From Eledone cirrhosa (Eukaryota): 64,000 nucleotides of DNA. The notes under the pieces are model-generated. The model had not been told where the DNA came from. It did not search any database and saw only the letters and a list, made by a program, of their open reading frames with translations. Location of the stretch: assembly GCA_964016885.1 (NCBI GenBank), contig OZ024742.1, positions 1,240,001 through 1,304,000 on the forward strand, written 5' to 3'. Both the position numbers and the translations under genes were made by a program. Shown here one piece after another: positions 43,701 through 55,772 of the stretch (positions within the stretch are counted from its first letter, which is position 1; each line of letters starts with the position of its first letter).

Positions 43701-44106
43701 CTGGCAGCCCCGATTGGGGTGCGTAAGCTGATATTATTGTGGTAATTGTCTTATTCAGGACTAGTCTGAGTTTAATGATTCTTGCATTTACCCTGTACAC
43801 TGAGATTACTTTATCTACCCACTTGTCAGCTAATAGTATACCTACACCACCCATCCCATCGTCATTTCCCACCCAGAAAAATTTGTAGCACTGGCTTTTT
43901 CCTACAAGGACTCTAGCAGACCCTCCTCTCCATCTAGTCTCTTGCACACAGCATACATCAACTTCCTTTCGCTCTAGCATTTCTACGATTTCTCCTGCTC
44001 TTCCTTTCATTGAGCCTACATTGATGGTACCAACTCGGAGTTTTGGGCATTTGTCGACACTCGTAGGGGAGGGTCTCTGGGTTGGCGCTTCACGTGGGTG
44101 CTTGGT
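40708..44106 (-). mobile_element. Near full-length RTE-clade LINE, subfamily B
   Basis: APE+RT ORF, 3' UTR, (GAT)n tail; 5' end runs into (TA)n. Confidence 0.95.
41002..44106 (-). CDS. RTE polyprotein: APE endonuclease + reverse transcriptase + PHD-like finger (~1030 aa open, native start probably truncated; first internal ATG 44010)
   Basis: GTINV, VQETRW, SAYAPQ, AGDFNGH, LDFIL, SQHSLV (APE); NYRGI, QFGF, FVDLEKAFD, QGSVLSP, YADD, FCYLG (RT); no stops. Confidence 0.93.
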   Translation of the reverse strand, partial: TKHPREAPTQRPSPTSVDKCPKLRVGTINVGSMKGRAGEIVEMLERKEVDVCCVQETRWRGGSARVLVGKSQCYKFFWVGNDDGMGGVGILLADKWVDKVISVYRVNARIIKLRLVLNKTITTIISAYAPQSGLPDELKDRFYESLIHTTALTDDKDFLIIAGDFNGHVGKHCDGFNRVHGGHGVGTRNEEGFRLLEFCDANDMSICNTNFKKPDNHLITYRSGEHSSQLDFILIRGRDRWTVVNTKAFPSEECTSQHSLVVSDLTVRTRRALKQRPTWRRKIWKLKVPSTSNRFKDILLNAYDSKEEQIETFNVEENWEFLKNNLLEATDEVCGWSKTSSRRRVTWWWNNKVDEAVKAKRQAWKEWKNGGSRVHYIETKREARRQVYLARREAEDRKFKHVLQREDQKQEVFKIARQCVRDSCDVIGEKCIRNDKGELALTSAEKKDAWKSHYDRLLNEENAWEEETLPHVDPIEGPAVQVSGSVVSKAIRDMKIGKATGPSGIAAEMLKASGSVGHTITTRIVNQVILEGAIPKDWCSSIIVNCYKGKGDALDRGNYRGIKLMDQVMKVTERVIAQLIRDRVNIDEMQFGFVPGKGTTDALFLVRQLQEKYLAKSKPLYLAFVDLEKAFDRVPRAVIWWALRKLGVDEWLVKAVQAMYRGAVSKVRIGNEYSEEFSVQVGVHQGSVLSPLLFIIVLQAITEEFKTGCPWELLYADDLALIAESMVELENKFQTWKQGLERKGLKVNMTKTKVLISRRENRTQIPSGKWPCSVCRKGVGRNSILCPKCKQWVHKRCSGISGSLIKNVGFTCSSCAETASKQPQETSTTNLWEGPVETVDSFCYLGDRISNGGGCSESTITRVRTGWKKFRELLPLLAAKGFSLRMKGRLYDACIRTAMLHGSETWALKVEDLRRLERNEACMLRWMCNSNIRERQSIRELRERLSIRGIKCCVQERRLRWYGHVMRMKDDSCIKRCRALEVDGNRGVGRPKMTWDEVIKADLTQLHLSKSMTHDRDFWRHTVIQGTRPPMGTC

Positions 44107-44149
44107 ATATACATATATATACATATATATACATATATATATATACATA

Positions 44150-44340
44150 TACGTAGGTCACGGGTTGAGTCGGGGATAACCACAGTAAGTAAGGTACTCA
44201 ATACATGGCAGAGTAAAATTTTTTATTTTATGGAAGGAGCTTCTACAGCACTAGTACTCTTTCATTCTGTGCTTCCTGAAGATTTCATCTGAATGAAACA
44301 GTACTAGTCCTGTAGAAGCTCCTTCTATAAAATAAAAAAT
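44150..44340. mobile_element. Short fold-back hammerhead element
   Basis: Inverted arms ~44218-44267 / 44291-44340; (TA)n flanks. Confidence 0.7.
44271..44319 (+). ncRNA. Type-I hammerhead ribozyme
   Basis: gcttc-CTGAAGA-tttc-atct-gaat-GAAA-cag-tactagtc-ctg-TA^-gaagc. Confidence 0.72.
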
Positions 44341-44348
44341 ATATATAC

Positions 44349-44422
<74 letters not shown>

Positions 44423-44432
44423 ACATATATAT

Positions 44433-45270
44433 CTCTCTAAAAATGAAAGGCAGACTGTATGATGCCTGTATACGAACAGCAACGTTACATGGCAGTGAGC
44501 CATGGGCATTGTGTGCAGACTGGAGAGGAACGAAGCATGCATGCTCCATTGGATGTGTAATAGTAATATACGTGAATGGAAAAGCATAAATGAGCTAAGT
44601 GAGAAATTAGGAATAAAAGGGATCAGATGCTGTTTACTTGAGAGAAGATTACATTGGTATGGTCACATGATGCGCATGTATAAAAACTGTATAAAAAAAT
44701 GCAGAGCAATCAAAATTGATGGAAGTTACGGAGAAGGCAGACCCAGAAAAACCTGGGACGATTTGATAAATTCCGACCTTACACACTTGCACCTCTCCAA
44801 GACAATGTCACTGGACCGAGATCTTTGGTACTACGCAGTAATACAGAAGACCCGCCTTGCCAATGTACAAAGGGAAACCTACAGTCAGTAGGCACCTCTT
44901 AACCAAATATACACCCCCATCCCACTACCCTTACTCCACCCCCACAAACACCACCACCATCAACATCACCCCTTTCTCGCTAAAGTTATGTTGGTACCAC
45001 AACATCCAGTCCTAAATAAATGAGGACGTGTAGGTGTCATGACAAAAAAAAAAACACACAGTCCACGCTGTAATGTGGCCGTGTAGGTAACACGGTAAAA
45101 ACCTCCCAGTCCACACTGTAAATGTGGTTGGTGTTAGGAAGGGCATCCAGCCGTAGAAATCCTGCCAGACAGTCCTATACGAGCGAGATGACCAATCTTG
45201 CCTCAAGTGGGACAATTCCCGTCTAAACCCATGCTAGCGTGGAAGATAGACGTTAAACGATGATGATGAT
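44433..45270 (+). mobile_element. Degenerate RTE subfamily A 3' fragment
   Basis: RT C-terminal remnant with deletions; 3' UTR; (GAT)n. Confidence 0.9.
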
Positions 45271-45414
45271 ATATATATACATATATACATATATACATAT
45301 ATACATATACATATATATACACATATATATATACATATACATATATATACATATACACATATATATATACATATATATATGCATATATATACATATGCAT
45401 ATATATACATATAC

Positions 45415-45463
<49 letters not shown>

Positions 45464-45766
45464 CATATATATATACATATACATATATATATATATACAT
45501 ATACATACATATATATATATATAGATATATATACATATACATATATATACATATATATATATATACATATACATATATATACATATATATATATATACAT
45601 ATACATATATATACATATACATATATATACATATACATATATATATATAGATATATATACATATACATATCCATATATATACATATACATATATATATAC
45701 ATATATATACATATATATACATATATATATATATACATATATACATATATATACATATATATATAT
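45271..45766. repeat. Interrupted (TA)n microsatellite
   Basis: Direct. Confidence 0.95.
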
Positions 45767-46113
45767 TCATTTCATTTTCATTTCATTTCATTTTACGTCC
45801 ACTTTTCCCTGCTTGCAAGGGTGGGACGGGAACTGATTCTGGCTTGATTTCTACAGTTGGATGCCCTTCCTACCACCAACCTCATTTACAGTGAGTGCTG
45901 GGTGCTTTTTTGCCGTGGCACCTACACGACCACTTTGCAGTGGAATGATAGGGATCCCAGTCCCTATCATCTCATTTCTACAGCTGAGTAAACTGGAGCA
46001 ATGTGAAATAAAGTGTCTTGCTCAAGGAAACAACACATCACCCGGTCTGGGAATTGAACTCACAACCTTTCGATTGCAAGGCCAATGCTCTAACCACTAA
46101 GCCATGTGCCTCC
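45767..46113 (-). mobile_element. tRNA-derived CORE-like SINE with RTE-type tail ending (TGAAA)n
   Basis: Homologous to 22234-22620. Confidence 0.85.
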
Positions 46114-46301
46114 ATATATATGTATATATATATACATATATATACATATATATATATATACATATATATATACATATATATATACATATATATATACATA
46201 TATATACATATATATATATACATATATATACATATATATACATATACATATATATACATATACATATATATACATATATATATATATATATACATATATA
46301 T

Positions 46302-46804
46302 AAGCAGAACAAGCAAAATTCAACCAATTTTTTAAAATAAATTAAAAAATATAATTTAAATATTTACCTATTCATATGGCTCTTACCGATCGGTTTCGCC
46401 TTGTAAAACACCAGAGACCCAATGGATTTCTAATGGAAAATCAAGGCTCAGCAGAGAAACATTTTCCCTTCCTAGGACTAAAGACCCAGGAACGATAAAA
46501 TATATTGTTATCTGCCAGCTAGCACAGATCCAAAAGGCCGAAAAATGACCTGTACGTGAACTACCCGAGGTGAAAGCGGGAAAAACATAGACGTGTTGTC
46601 TATCTCGTTACTAAAAATAGCAGCTAAATAGAATCAACATGATTGTTCTCAACAAATGGAGGGTGATAGAAGAAGTTAGTAAGCCCATGGGTACTAAGTA
46701 CCCCTGGAAATACATAGGTTGTCTATGATTTAAGGTTGTTCTATGGTATCAAGACAACCTATGTATTTCCAGGGGTACTTAGTACCCACGGGCTTACTAA
46801 CTTC
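46302..46804 (-). mobile_element. pLTR-like element with hammerhead and terminal ~50-bp hairpin (46672-46804)
   Basis: Between TA tracts; GAAGTTAGTAAGCCC..GGTTGTCT / AGACAACC..GGGCTTACTAACTTC. Confidence 0.65.
46381..46457 (-). ncRNA. Hammerhead motif (CTGCTGA variant)
   Basis: tct-CTGCTGA-gccttg..caaggc-GAAA-ccgatcgg-TA^-aga. Confidence 0.6.
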
Positions 46805-47024
46805 TATATATACATATATATATATATACATATATATACATATATATAATATACATATATATACATATATATAATATACATATATATACATATATATAAT
46901 ATACATATATATACATATATATATACATATATATACATATATATATACATATACATATATATACATATATATATACATATATATACATATATATATACAT
47001 ATACATATATATACATATATATAC

Positions 47025-47071
<47 letters not shown>

Positions 47072-47124
47072 CATATATATACATATACATATATATATAT
47101 ATACATATATATACATATATATAC

Positions 47125-47155
<31 letters not shown>

Positions 47156-47979
47156 CATATATATACATATACATATATATACATATACATATATATACAT
47201 ATATATATATACATATACATATATATACATATATATATATACATATATATACATATATATAAATACATATATATACATATATATAATATACATATATATA
47301 CATATATATACATATACATATATACATATACATATATATATATAATATACATATATATACATATATATACATATACATATATATACATATATATACATAT
47401 ATATACACATATATATCATATATATATACATATATATATACATATATATATCATATATATATACATATATATCATATATATATACATATATATCATATAT
47501 ATATACATATATATATCATATATATATACATATATATCATATATATATACATATATATATACATATATATATACATATATATACATATATATACATATAT
47601 ATCATATATATATACATATATATACATATATATCATATATATATACATATATATATACATATATATCATATATATATACATATATATACATATATATCAT
47701 ATATATATACATATATATATACATATATATCATATATATATACATATATATACATATATATATACATATATATACATATATATCATATATATATACATAT
47801 ATATACATATATATCATATATATATACATATATATATACATATATATATACATATATATCATATATATATACATATATATATACATATATATACATATAT
47901 ATATACATATATATATACATATATATACATATATATACATATATATACACATATATATATATATATATACATATATATA
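46805..47979. repeat. Interrupted (TA)n with TAATA and TATC variants
   Basis: Direct. Confidence 0.95.
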
Positions 47980-48621
47980 TAAAAACAAATAACGAAACGA
48001 AATTAAATTTTGTTTCGTTTGTAACTCACTTTTGTATGACTGACTCTTAAACAATTAAGTTAAAAATGTACATCCACATATGTACACGTGTGTGTATTCA
48101 TATGCATACTAGTATTTCAGTATACATATGTGGATGTACATTTTTAACTTAATTGTTTAAGTTTAAGTCATACAAAAGTGAGTTACAAACGAAACAAAAT
48201 TTAATTTCGTTTCGTTATTTGTTTTTATCGTCTCCGTTGAACCGGTACGTACTCACGCTCTATGCAAATTGGTCTGCCCACTACTAATTTTCATAGAAAA
48301 AGCATATAACGATATGTGCTTTCACGATTCTCTAGAAAGGCCGGAAGATAGGTAAATATTGCTGATGAGATGTAACAACATCGAAACTAGTCCAATATTC
48401 CTTGTCTGGCTTTCTGAAGAATAGAGGAAAGGTGTTTCCTCAAAAACCAGTATGACTCTAAAAACCGGTTTGTCTGTGTGTTTACATACAGAATAGCTGG
48501 ACACTCACAGTAAAGTAACCAGTGAAAAACTCGGTACATCTACATATGTACACGTGTGTGTATTCATATGCATACTAGTATTTCAGTATACATATGTGGA
48601 TGTACATTTTTAACTTAATTG
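47980..48621 (+). mobile_element. Retrozyme-like element: 466-nt monomer with ~80-nt terminal direct redundancy plus inverted 5' arm
   Basis: 48076-48155 repeated at 48542-48621; 47980-48084 inverted relative to 48123-48228. Confidence 0.8.
48355..48399 (+). ncRNA. Canonical minimal type-I hammerhead ribozyme
   Basis: aatattg-CTGATGA-gatg-taacaa-catc-GAAA-ctag-TC^-caatatt; perfect stems I and II. Confidence 0.9.
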
Positions 48622-48664
48622 CATATATATATACATATAGATATATATATATACATATATATAT

Positions 48665-49335
48665 TAAACGAACTAAGGAAAAAATTAGAAATAAGAGGGA
48701 TCAGATGATGTTTACTCGAGAGAAGGCTACGTTGGTATGGTCACGTGATGCGCATGAAAGACGACAGCTGTATAACAAGGTGCAGGGCAATAAAGATAGA
48801 CGGTAGCTACGGAGTAGGCAGACCCAGAAAAACATGGGACGAGCTGATAAATTCCGACCTCACACACTTACACCTCTCCAAGACAATGTCACTGGACCGA
48901 GACCTTTGGCGGTACTCAGTAATAAAGACCCGCCTTACCTAAATACATAGTAAAACCTACTACAGTTAGTAGGCATCTCTATCAAAACACCCCCCGTCCC
49001 ACCACCTCCACCCCATCCACACCGCCCCTTTCAATGTAAAGTTATGTTGGTCCCACAACATCCAGGCCGAAACAAATGAGATCGTGTAGGTGTCACGACA
49101 AAAAAACACACAGTCCACGCTGTAATGTGGTCGTGTAGGCAACACGGTAAAAACCTCCCAGCCCCACACTGTAAATGTGGTTGGTGTTAGGAAGGGCATC
49201 CAACTGTAGAAAACCCTGCCAGATAGTCCTATGCGAGCAAGACAATTACTCTTGCCTCAAGTGGGAAAACCCCCGTCCAAACCCATGCAAGCGTGGAACA
49301 CGGACGCTAAACCTGATGATGATGGTGATGATGAT
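48665..49335 (+). mobile_element. RTE subfamily A 3' fragment
   Basis: RT C-terminal remnant, 3' UTR, (GAT)n. Confidence 0.92.
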
Positions 49336-49797
49336 ACATATATATGTATATACATATATTAACATATACATATACATATATTTACATATACATATATATA
49401 CATATATATATACATATATATACATATACATATATATATACATATATATATACATATATATATATATACATATACATATATATACATATATATATACATA
49501 CATATATATATACATACATATACATATACATATATATACATATATATATACATATATATACATATATATATACATATATATACATATATATATACATACA
49601 TATATACATATATATACATATATATACATACATATATATACATATATATATACATATATATACATATATATATACATATATATATACATACATATACATA
49701 TATATATATATACATATATATACATATATATATACATATATATACATATATATATACATATATATACATATATACATATATATACATATATATATAC

Positions 49798-49832
<35 letters not shown>

Positions 49833-50123
49833 CATATATATACATATATATATACATATATATATACACATATATATACATATATATACATATATATACA
49901 TATATATACACATATATATACATATATATACATATATATATACATATATATACATATATATACATATATATATACATATATATACATATATATACATATA
50001 TATACATATATATATACATATATATACATATATATACATATATATATACATATATATACATATATATATACATATATATATACATATATATATACATATA
50101 TATACATATATATACATATATAC

Positions 50124-50164
<41 letters not shown>
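49336..50164. repeat. Interrupted (TA)n microsatellite
   Basis: Direct. Confidence 0.95.
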
Positions 50165-50168
<4 letters not shown>

Positions 50169-50282
50169 TTGAAAAAAATGAAAACGAAATTTCATTTCTC
50201 ACTCTTAGTATGGCACTTACTTAAATGTAAGTATGTATGTATACGTACATACATATATGTATACAGACGTACAGTAGCAAGC

Positions 50283-50313
<31 letters not shown>

Positions 50314-50901
50314 TATATACACATATGCATACAGGTACACATACATATATGCACGCATCAGTTTAGCCTACGTTTATTATAACGCCGGCCGCTTTGTTCG
50401 TTTGTTTGTCAACAAAGCGAACAGCCTGAATTTATGCCATACGGTGTTAAGGCAACCACGTCACCTTTTTGTTCAACACTGACACAGGAACGATGTACAC
50501 ATTTAAGTAAGTGCCATACTAAGAGTGAGAAATGAAATTTCGTTTTCATTTTTTTCAACTTATCGTTTTCGGTATGCCTGACCGATTTAACTCACTCTAT
50601 ATGCAAAGTAGGCTGCTCAGCCGTTAATTTTCATAAGGAAAGTATATACTTTCGAACGTTCAACTATCTGGCAGATGGGTAAACGGTGCTGATGATAGCT
50701 AACAAGCTTGAAACTAGTACATCGTTCCTGTGTCAGTGTTGAACAAAAAGGTGACGTGGTTGCCTTAACACCGTATGGCATAAATTCAGGCTGTTCGCTT
50801 TGTTGACAAACAAACGAACAAAGCGGCCGGCGTTATAATAAACGTAGGCTAAACTGATGCGTGCATATATGTATGTGTACCTGTATGCATATGTGTATAT
50901 A

Positions 50902-50934
<33 letters not shown>

Positions 50935-50990
50935 GCTTGCTACTGTACGTCTGTATACATATATGTATGTACGTATACATACATACTTAC

Positions 50991-50992
<2 letters not shown>
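50165..50992 (+). mobile_element. Retrozyme-like element: ~490-nt monomer (50499-50992) plus inverted, circularly permuted copy (50165-50498)
   Basis: Left arm reverse complement = 50717-50992 followed by 50503-50562. Confidence 0.85.
50682..50726 (+). ncRNA. Minimal type-I hammerhead ribozyme
   Basis: aacggtg-CTGATGA-tagc-taacaa-gctt-GAAA-ctag-TA^-catcgtt. Confidence 0.85.
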
Positions 50993-51037
<45 letters not shown>

Positions 51038-51076
51038 TGAAGTATAAGAATCAAAGAACTGTTCAAAACATTATTG

Positions 51077-51123
51077 TGCTTACAGCTGTTTCCTCCAAAC
51101 CGAGGTTTGGATTCTTCGGAGCA
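51077..51123 (-). ncRNA. Hammerhead motif (mirror of 51908)
   Basis: Reverse complement of 51908-51954. Confidence 0.65.
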
Positions 51124-51907
51124 ATTTATTAATGCATGGACAGTTATATGACCTCCTTTTCAGCCGAGAGACATACCAATACATATTCAAACATTGATAC
51201 ATATTCAAACATTGTGGGTCAACATTCATTACAGAATTTAGAGTGGCAGTACACACTTCGAGATTACATTTATATTAATAGGTACAATCAAAAATCAAAG
51301 ATATAGGTTAAAGTACAACATGAAGATAAGTGGTTATATAGTGCAAATGTTATATGTGTGGCACGCATGTGCGTCTTGTTTATATAGTGTGGCAGAGAGA
51401 TATGTGTGGTAGAGGCACTTAGGTAGGTAAATAAGAGTGTTAGGTTGGTAGATCTGGTGGCAAAGTCTTTATATGATTGATATAGTCTGTGTGTGGAGAA
51501 ATATTATAAGCATTAAAGATAGTGCAAGCATTAAAAGTGTTATAAGTATTGGAGATGCACAGCGCAGGGATGTCAAGATCTACCAACCTAACACTCTTAT
51601 TTACCTACCTAAGTGCCTCTACCACACATATCTCTCTGCCACACTATATAAACAAGACGCACATGCGTGCCACACATATAACATTTGCACTATATAACCA
51701 CTTATCTTCATGTTGTACTTTAACCTATATCTTTGATTTTTGATTGTACCTATTAATATAAATGTAATCTCGAAGTGTGTACTGCCACTCTAAATTCTGT
51801 AATGAATGTTGACCCACAATGTTTGAATATGTATCAATGTTTGAATATGTATTGGTATGTCTCTCGGCTGAAAAGGAGGTCATATAACTGTCCATGCATT
51901 AATAAAT

Positions 51908-51954
51908 TGCTCCGAAGAATCCAAACCTCGGTTTGGAGGAAACAGCTGTAAGCA
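51908..51954 (+). ncRNA. Hammerhead motif (CCGAAGA variant)
   Basis: tgct-CCGAAGA-atccaaacc-tc-ggtttggag-GAAA-cagctg-TA^-agca. Confidence 0.68.
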
Positions 51955-52158
51955 CAATAATGTTTTGAACAGTTCTTTGATTCTTATACTTCATATAACT
52001 GCTCTGTAAATCATCTGATGTTTTTACATTGAGCTACTTAACTTACTGGTAATAAGGTAGTAATACATCACTGCCTACCACTATTTAGGGTGTGTGTAAA
52101 ATACTTACAACTGCTTAAGGTTTTGTGTTTACATAACCATAAATAGTATAACTAATAC

Positions 52159-52162
52159 TATA

Positions 52163-52228
<66 letters not shown>

Positions 52229-52592
52229 CATATACATATATATATATACATATACATATACATATATATACATATATACATATACATATATATACATATA
52301 TACATATACATATATATACATATACATATATATACATATATATATACATATATATACATATATATACATATATATATACATATATATATACATATATATA
52401 TACATATATATACACATATATATACACATATATATACACATATATATACATATATATACACATATATATATATACCTATATATATACATATATATATACA
52501 TATACATATATATATACATATATACATATATATATACATATACATATACATATACATATATATATACATATATACATATATATATACATATA

Positions 52593-52635
<43 letters not shown>

Positions 52636-52665
52636 ATATATATACCACACATATATATATACATA
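52159..52665. repeat. Interrupted (TA)n microsatellite
   Basis: Direct. Confidence 0.95.
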
Positions 52666-52853
52666 TACCTATCAGCCAAGTGTTTCCTTCCTTCTGAAAA
52701 ATAATACATCAACACCATTCTCCTCAGATTTAAAAGTAATTCACTACACCTCACCATACCCCACTACACCACACTACCCCCTCCCCCCGCACCACTACCC
52801 CACTAACCCACACTGTACCCAGAAATTGAACACAATACTTTCTATCTGTCTCA

Positions 52854-52893
<40 letters not shown>

Positions 52894-52904
52894 GTATATA
52901 TATG

Positions 52905-52935
<31 letters not shown>

Positions 52936-53173
52936 GAAAAGTATAGAAATTATTATGAGCAAGAAGCACACAGTATTTCATAATATAGCGTCAAAATGGG
53001 AAAATAGTTAACGTAGGATGTGAGAAAAATAATTCAAACTCAATTCAAAAAGAATCAGGATATAGATTCATGCAACAGAATTTAGTGAAATTCAGGGAAA
53101 AATCAATAGAGCCTTAACTCATGATAAAATAAAGTTTAAAATACTCATCCTTCAATTTGGAAAAACTACAAAT

Positions 53174-53253
53174 GCTCTGTATAGTCTTGAAAAGACTATT
53201 TCACGAAACTTTCAGTGAGGATGGTCACGGTTGGATTCGATCATCAGCAGAGC
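53174..53253 (-). ncRNA. Type-I hammerhead with full 7-bp stem III
   Basis: gctctg-CTGATGA-tcgaa..tttcgt-GAAA-tagtctt-ttc-aagacta-TA^-cagagc; in insert ~52930-53295 between TA runs. Confidence 0.82.
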
Positions 53254-53531
53254 TCAACACGATAACCAAAATCTCACTGATTATAATATGCCAAAATATA
53301 TATATATATATATATATACAAGTGGAAGCTTAGTAAAATCGAAGCTTTGGCTGTGGCCAAGCAAAGTCGACCTACAATAAGGAATGAGTTAGCAAAGCAC
53401 TCAATCAGGGTAGCTTGACAAATTGAAAATTACAGTAGGCAAAACCCAACCATACAATACCAAAGTAACAAAAGAACTATCAATATATATATACATACAT
53501 CAGGGGCGGTGGAATGTAGTTATAAATATAA

Positions 53532-53706
53532 TTGTTTCTACTTTTGGCACAAGGCCAGCAATTATCCCAGTGTATTACTGGTACTTTATTTTATTGACCC
53601 CGTAAGGATGAAAGGCAAAGTTAACCTCAGTCAGATTTGAACTCAGAATGACATGGGCCATAACTATGCGTCAAAGCATGGTGTCCGATGCTCTGATACT
53701 GCCAAT
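53532..53706 (-). mobile_element. tRNA-derived SINE (MetaSINE-like)
   Basis: Homologous to 570-746. Confidence 0.8.
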
Positions 53707-53757
53707 CAAATATAATATAGTATTAATAATTAAATATGAATAACAAATTAATTTCAA

Positions 53758-54653
53758 TCTATATATATAAACTGTGGTTGTCTGTCTGTCTATCGATTTT
53801 CGGCACACATCTCCTCTTAGAATCTCTCACGGAATTGCACCGAAATTGCTATACTTGTACATTGAGCCCTAGCGAAGACATCGGAAAAAAAAATTTCAAA
53901 TTGACCCACGCTATGTGACGAAATCGAATATAATGTATCGATTTTTTAGCGTAAGTGATCAGTTATTTCCCTTTGTTCTGTTTACATTGAGCGTCTTAAG
54001 TAAAAAATTACGCTGGCTTTAACAGTTGTCGAGCCAGCAAAATATTGACCTGCAAAATTCATCAGTTCGAACACTAAGCTTCCGTTTTGCTTCATTTCCA
54101 TTTAAAAGCATTTTAAAACAATATTTTTACTTGAAAACAAGTCTATTTAAAGACTACGTAAAACAAGCAAATATTTCGTCGTTAGGCGTGCAGACAGACA
54201 GTCGTGCAGAGAGGTGATATACGCGTGCAGACAGATAGTCGTGCAGAGAGGTGATATACGCGTGCAGACAGACAGTCGTGCAGAGAGGTGATATAGGCGT
54301 GCAGACAGACAGTCGTGCAGAGAGGTGATATAGGCGTGCAGACAGACATAACTGATAATTTGGTTACGCTAATGTTTTTCTCTGCGTTGCAGTGTTTACA
54401 TTTTCGATCTTTGTTAATAAATAACCAGTGCAGTTTTTATCCCCAGCATCCTCTTTTGTTATAACATTCGGGTTATCGTTATGTTTTCTTAACTTCATAA
54501 GGCATATTGTTGGTTGAGGGAATATTAATCAAAAACACCACATGCAAGTCTGCACAGTAGACACTACAGTTTTTAAGCCAAAAAAGAAACTTAACATTGT
54601 AACTTTAACACAGCTACTGAGCGACCCCGAGCAACGCCGGGCTTTACTGCTAG
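53758..54653 (+). mobile_element. Non-autonomous Helitron
   Basis: A|TCTATATATA...CCCGAGCAACGCCGGG-CTTTACTG-CTAG|T; 37-bp internal repeats; same family as 23958-25133. Confidence 0.88.
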
Positions 54654-54687
54654 TTCATTATAAAAATGTTAATCTATATATATAAGA

Positions 54688-54835
54688 GAGTGAATTGGTA
54701 GAGTTGTTAGAACGTTGGATAGAATGTTTTGTGGTATCTGGCTCTCTGTTCTCTCAGTTCAGATCCTGCCAAGGTCAACTTAGCCATTCATTCATTTAAG
54801 GTCAATAAAAAAGTACCAGTCTACTACTGTGTTAA
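54688..54835 (+). mobile_element. Degenerate MetaSINE-like copy
   Basis: GTTCAGATCCTGCCAAGGTCAACTTAGCCATTCA...AAGTACCAG. Confidence 0.6.
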
Positions 54836-55089
54836 TTGCTCCTCTATTTCTCTCTCACATTTTCTTGAAACTAGCTCTGGTTCTATGATAGTTAACTGGT
54901 TGATTCTATAGTTTTACCAAACTATCAATGTATCACCACATAACCCATATCAAACTACCTTGAAACTAGCTCTGATTCTATGATACAAAACTTTATTTTT
55001 AAATATTTATATTCATCTAAAAATAACGTTCCATCATAATTTTATGTAAGAACCTTTGTAAGTTTTGCTCCAAACACCAGATTAATAAA

Positions 55090-55275
55090 GGTTTCTGATT
55101 TAGTTATGAGGCCAACAATTTTTGGGGAGGAAAAAGTTGATTAAATTGATCCCAGTGTGTTACTGGTACTATATTTTATCAACCACAAAAAGATGAAGTT
55201 AGTTGACCTCAGCAGGATTTGAACTGAGAATGTAAAGGGTTGTAACAATATGTACAAACCATTTTGTCTGATGTT
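55090..55275 (-). mobile_element. Degenerate MetaSINE-like copy
   Basis: ACTGGTACT...GTTGACCTCAGCAGGATTTGAACT. Confidence 0.6.
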
Positions 55276-55278
55276 TTA

Positions 55279-55772
55279 ATCATCATCGTTTAATGTCCAT
55301 CTTCCACGCTAGCATGGGTTTGGACATGAATTTTCCCACTTGAGGCAAGATTGGTTGTCTTGCTCGTATAGGACTGTCTGGCGGGTTTTCTACGGTTGGA
55401 TACCCTTCCTAACACCAACCACGTTTACAGTGTGGGACTGGGAGGTTTTTACCGTGTTACCTACACGGCCACATTACAGCGTGGACTGTGTTTTTTTGTG
55501 GTAACACCTACACGACCTCATTTATTTAGGACTGGATGTTGTGGTACCAACATAACTTTACATCGAAAGGGGTGGTGTGGATGGGGTGGGGGTAGCGAGA
55601 CGGGGGTGTATTTTGGTTAAGAGGTGCCTACTGACTGTAGGTTTCGCTTTGCACTTAGGCAAGGCGGGTCTTCTGTGTTACTGCGTAGCGCCAAAGATCT
55701 CGGTCCAGTGACATTGTCTTGGAGAGGTGTAAGTGTGCGAGGTCGGAATTTATCAAGTCATCACAGGTTTTT
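55279..55772 (-). mobile_element. RTE subfamily A 3' fragment (older)
   Basis: 3' UTR + ORF end. Confidence 0.88.

Larger units (their letters stand above)
51035..52158. mobile_element. Fold-back pLTR-like element with ~420-bp near-perfect arms (51035-51455 / 51576-51997)
   Basis: Inverted repeat; homologous to 61470-61975. Confidence 0.8.

Noticed and set aside
48413-48460. Second hammerhead-like CTGAAGA..GAGGAAA..TTTCCTC
   Set aside because: Lacks GAAA and convincing stem I
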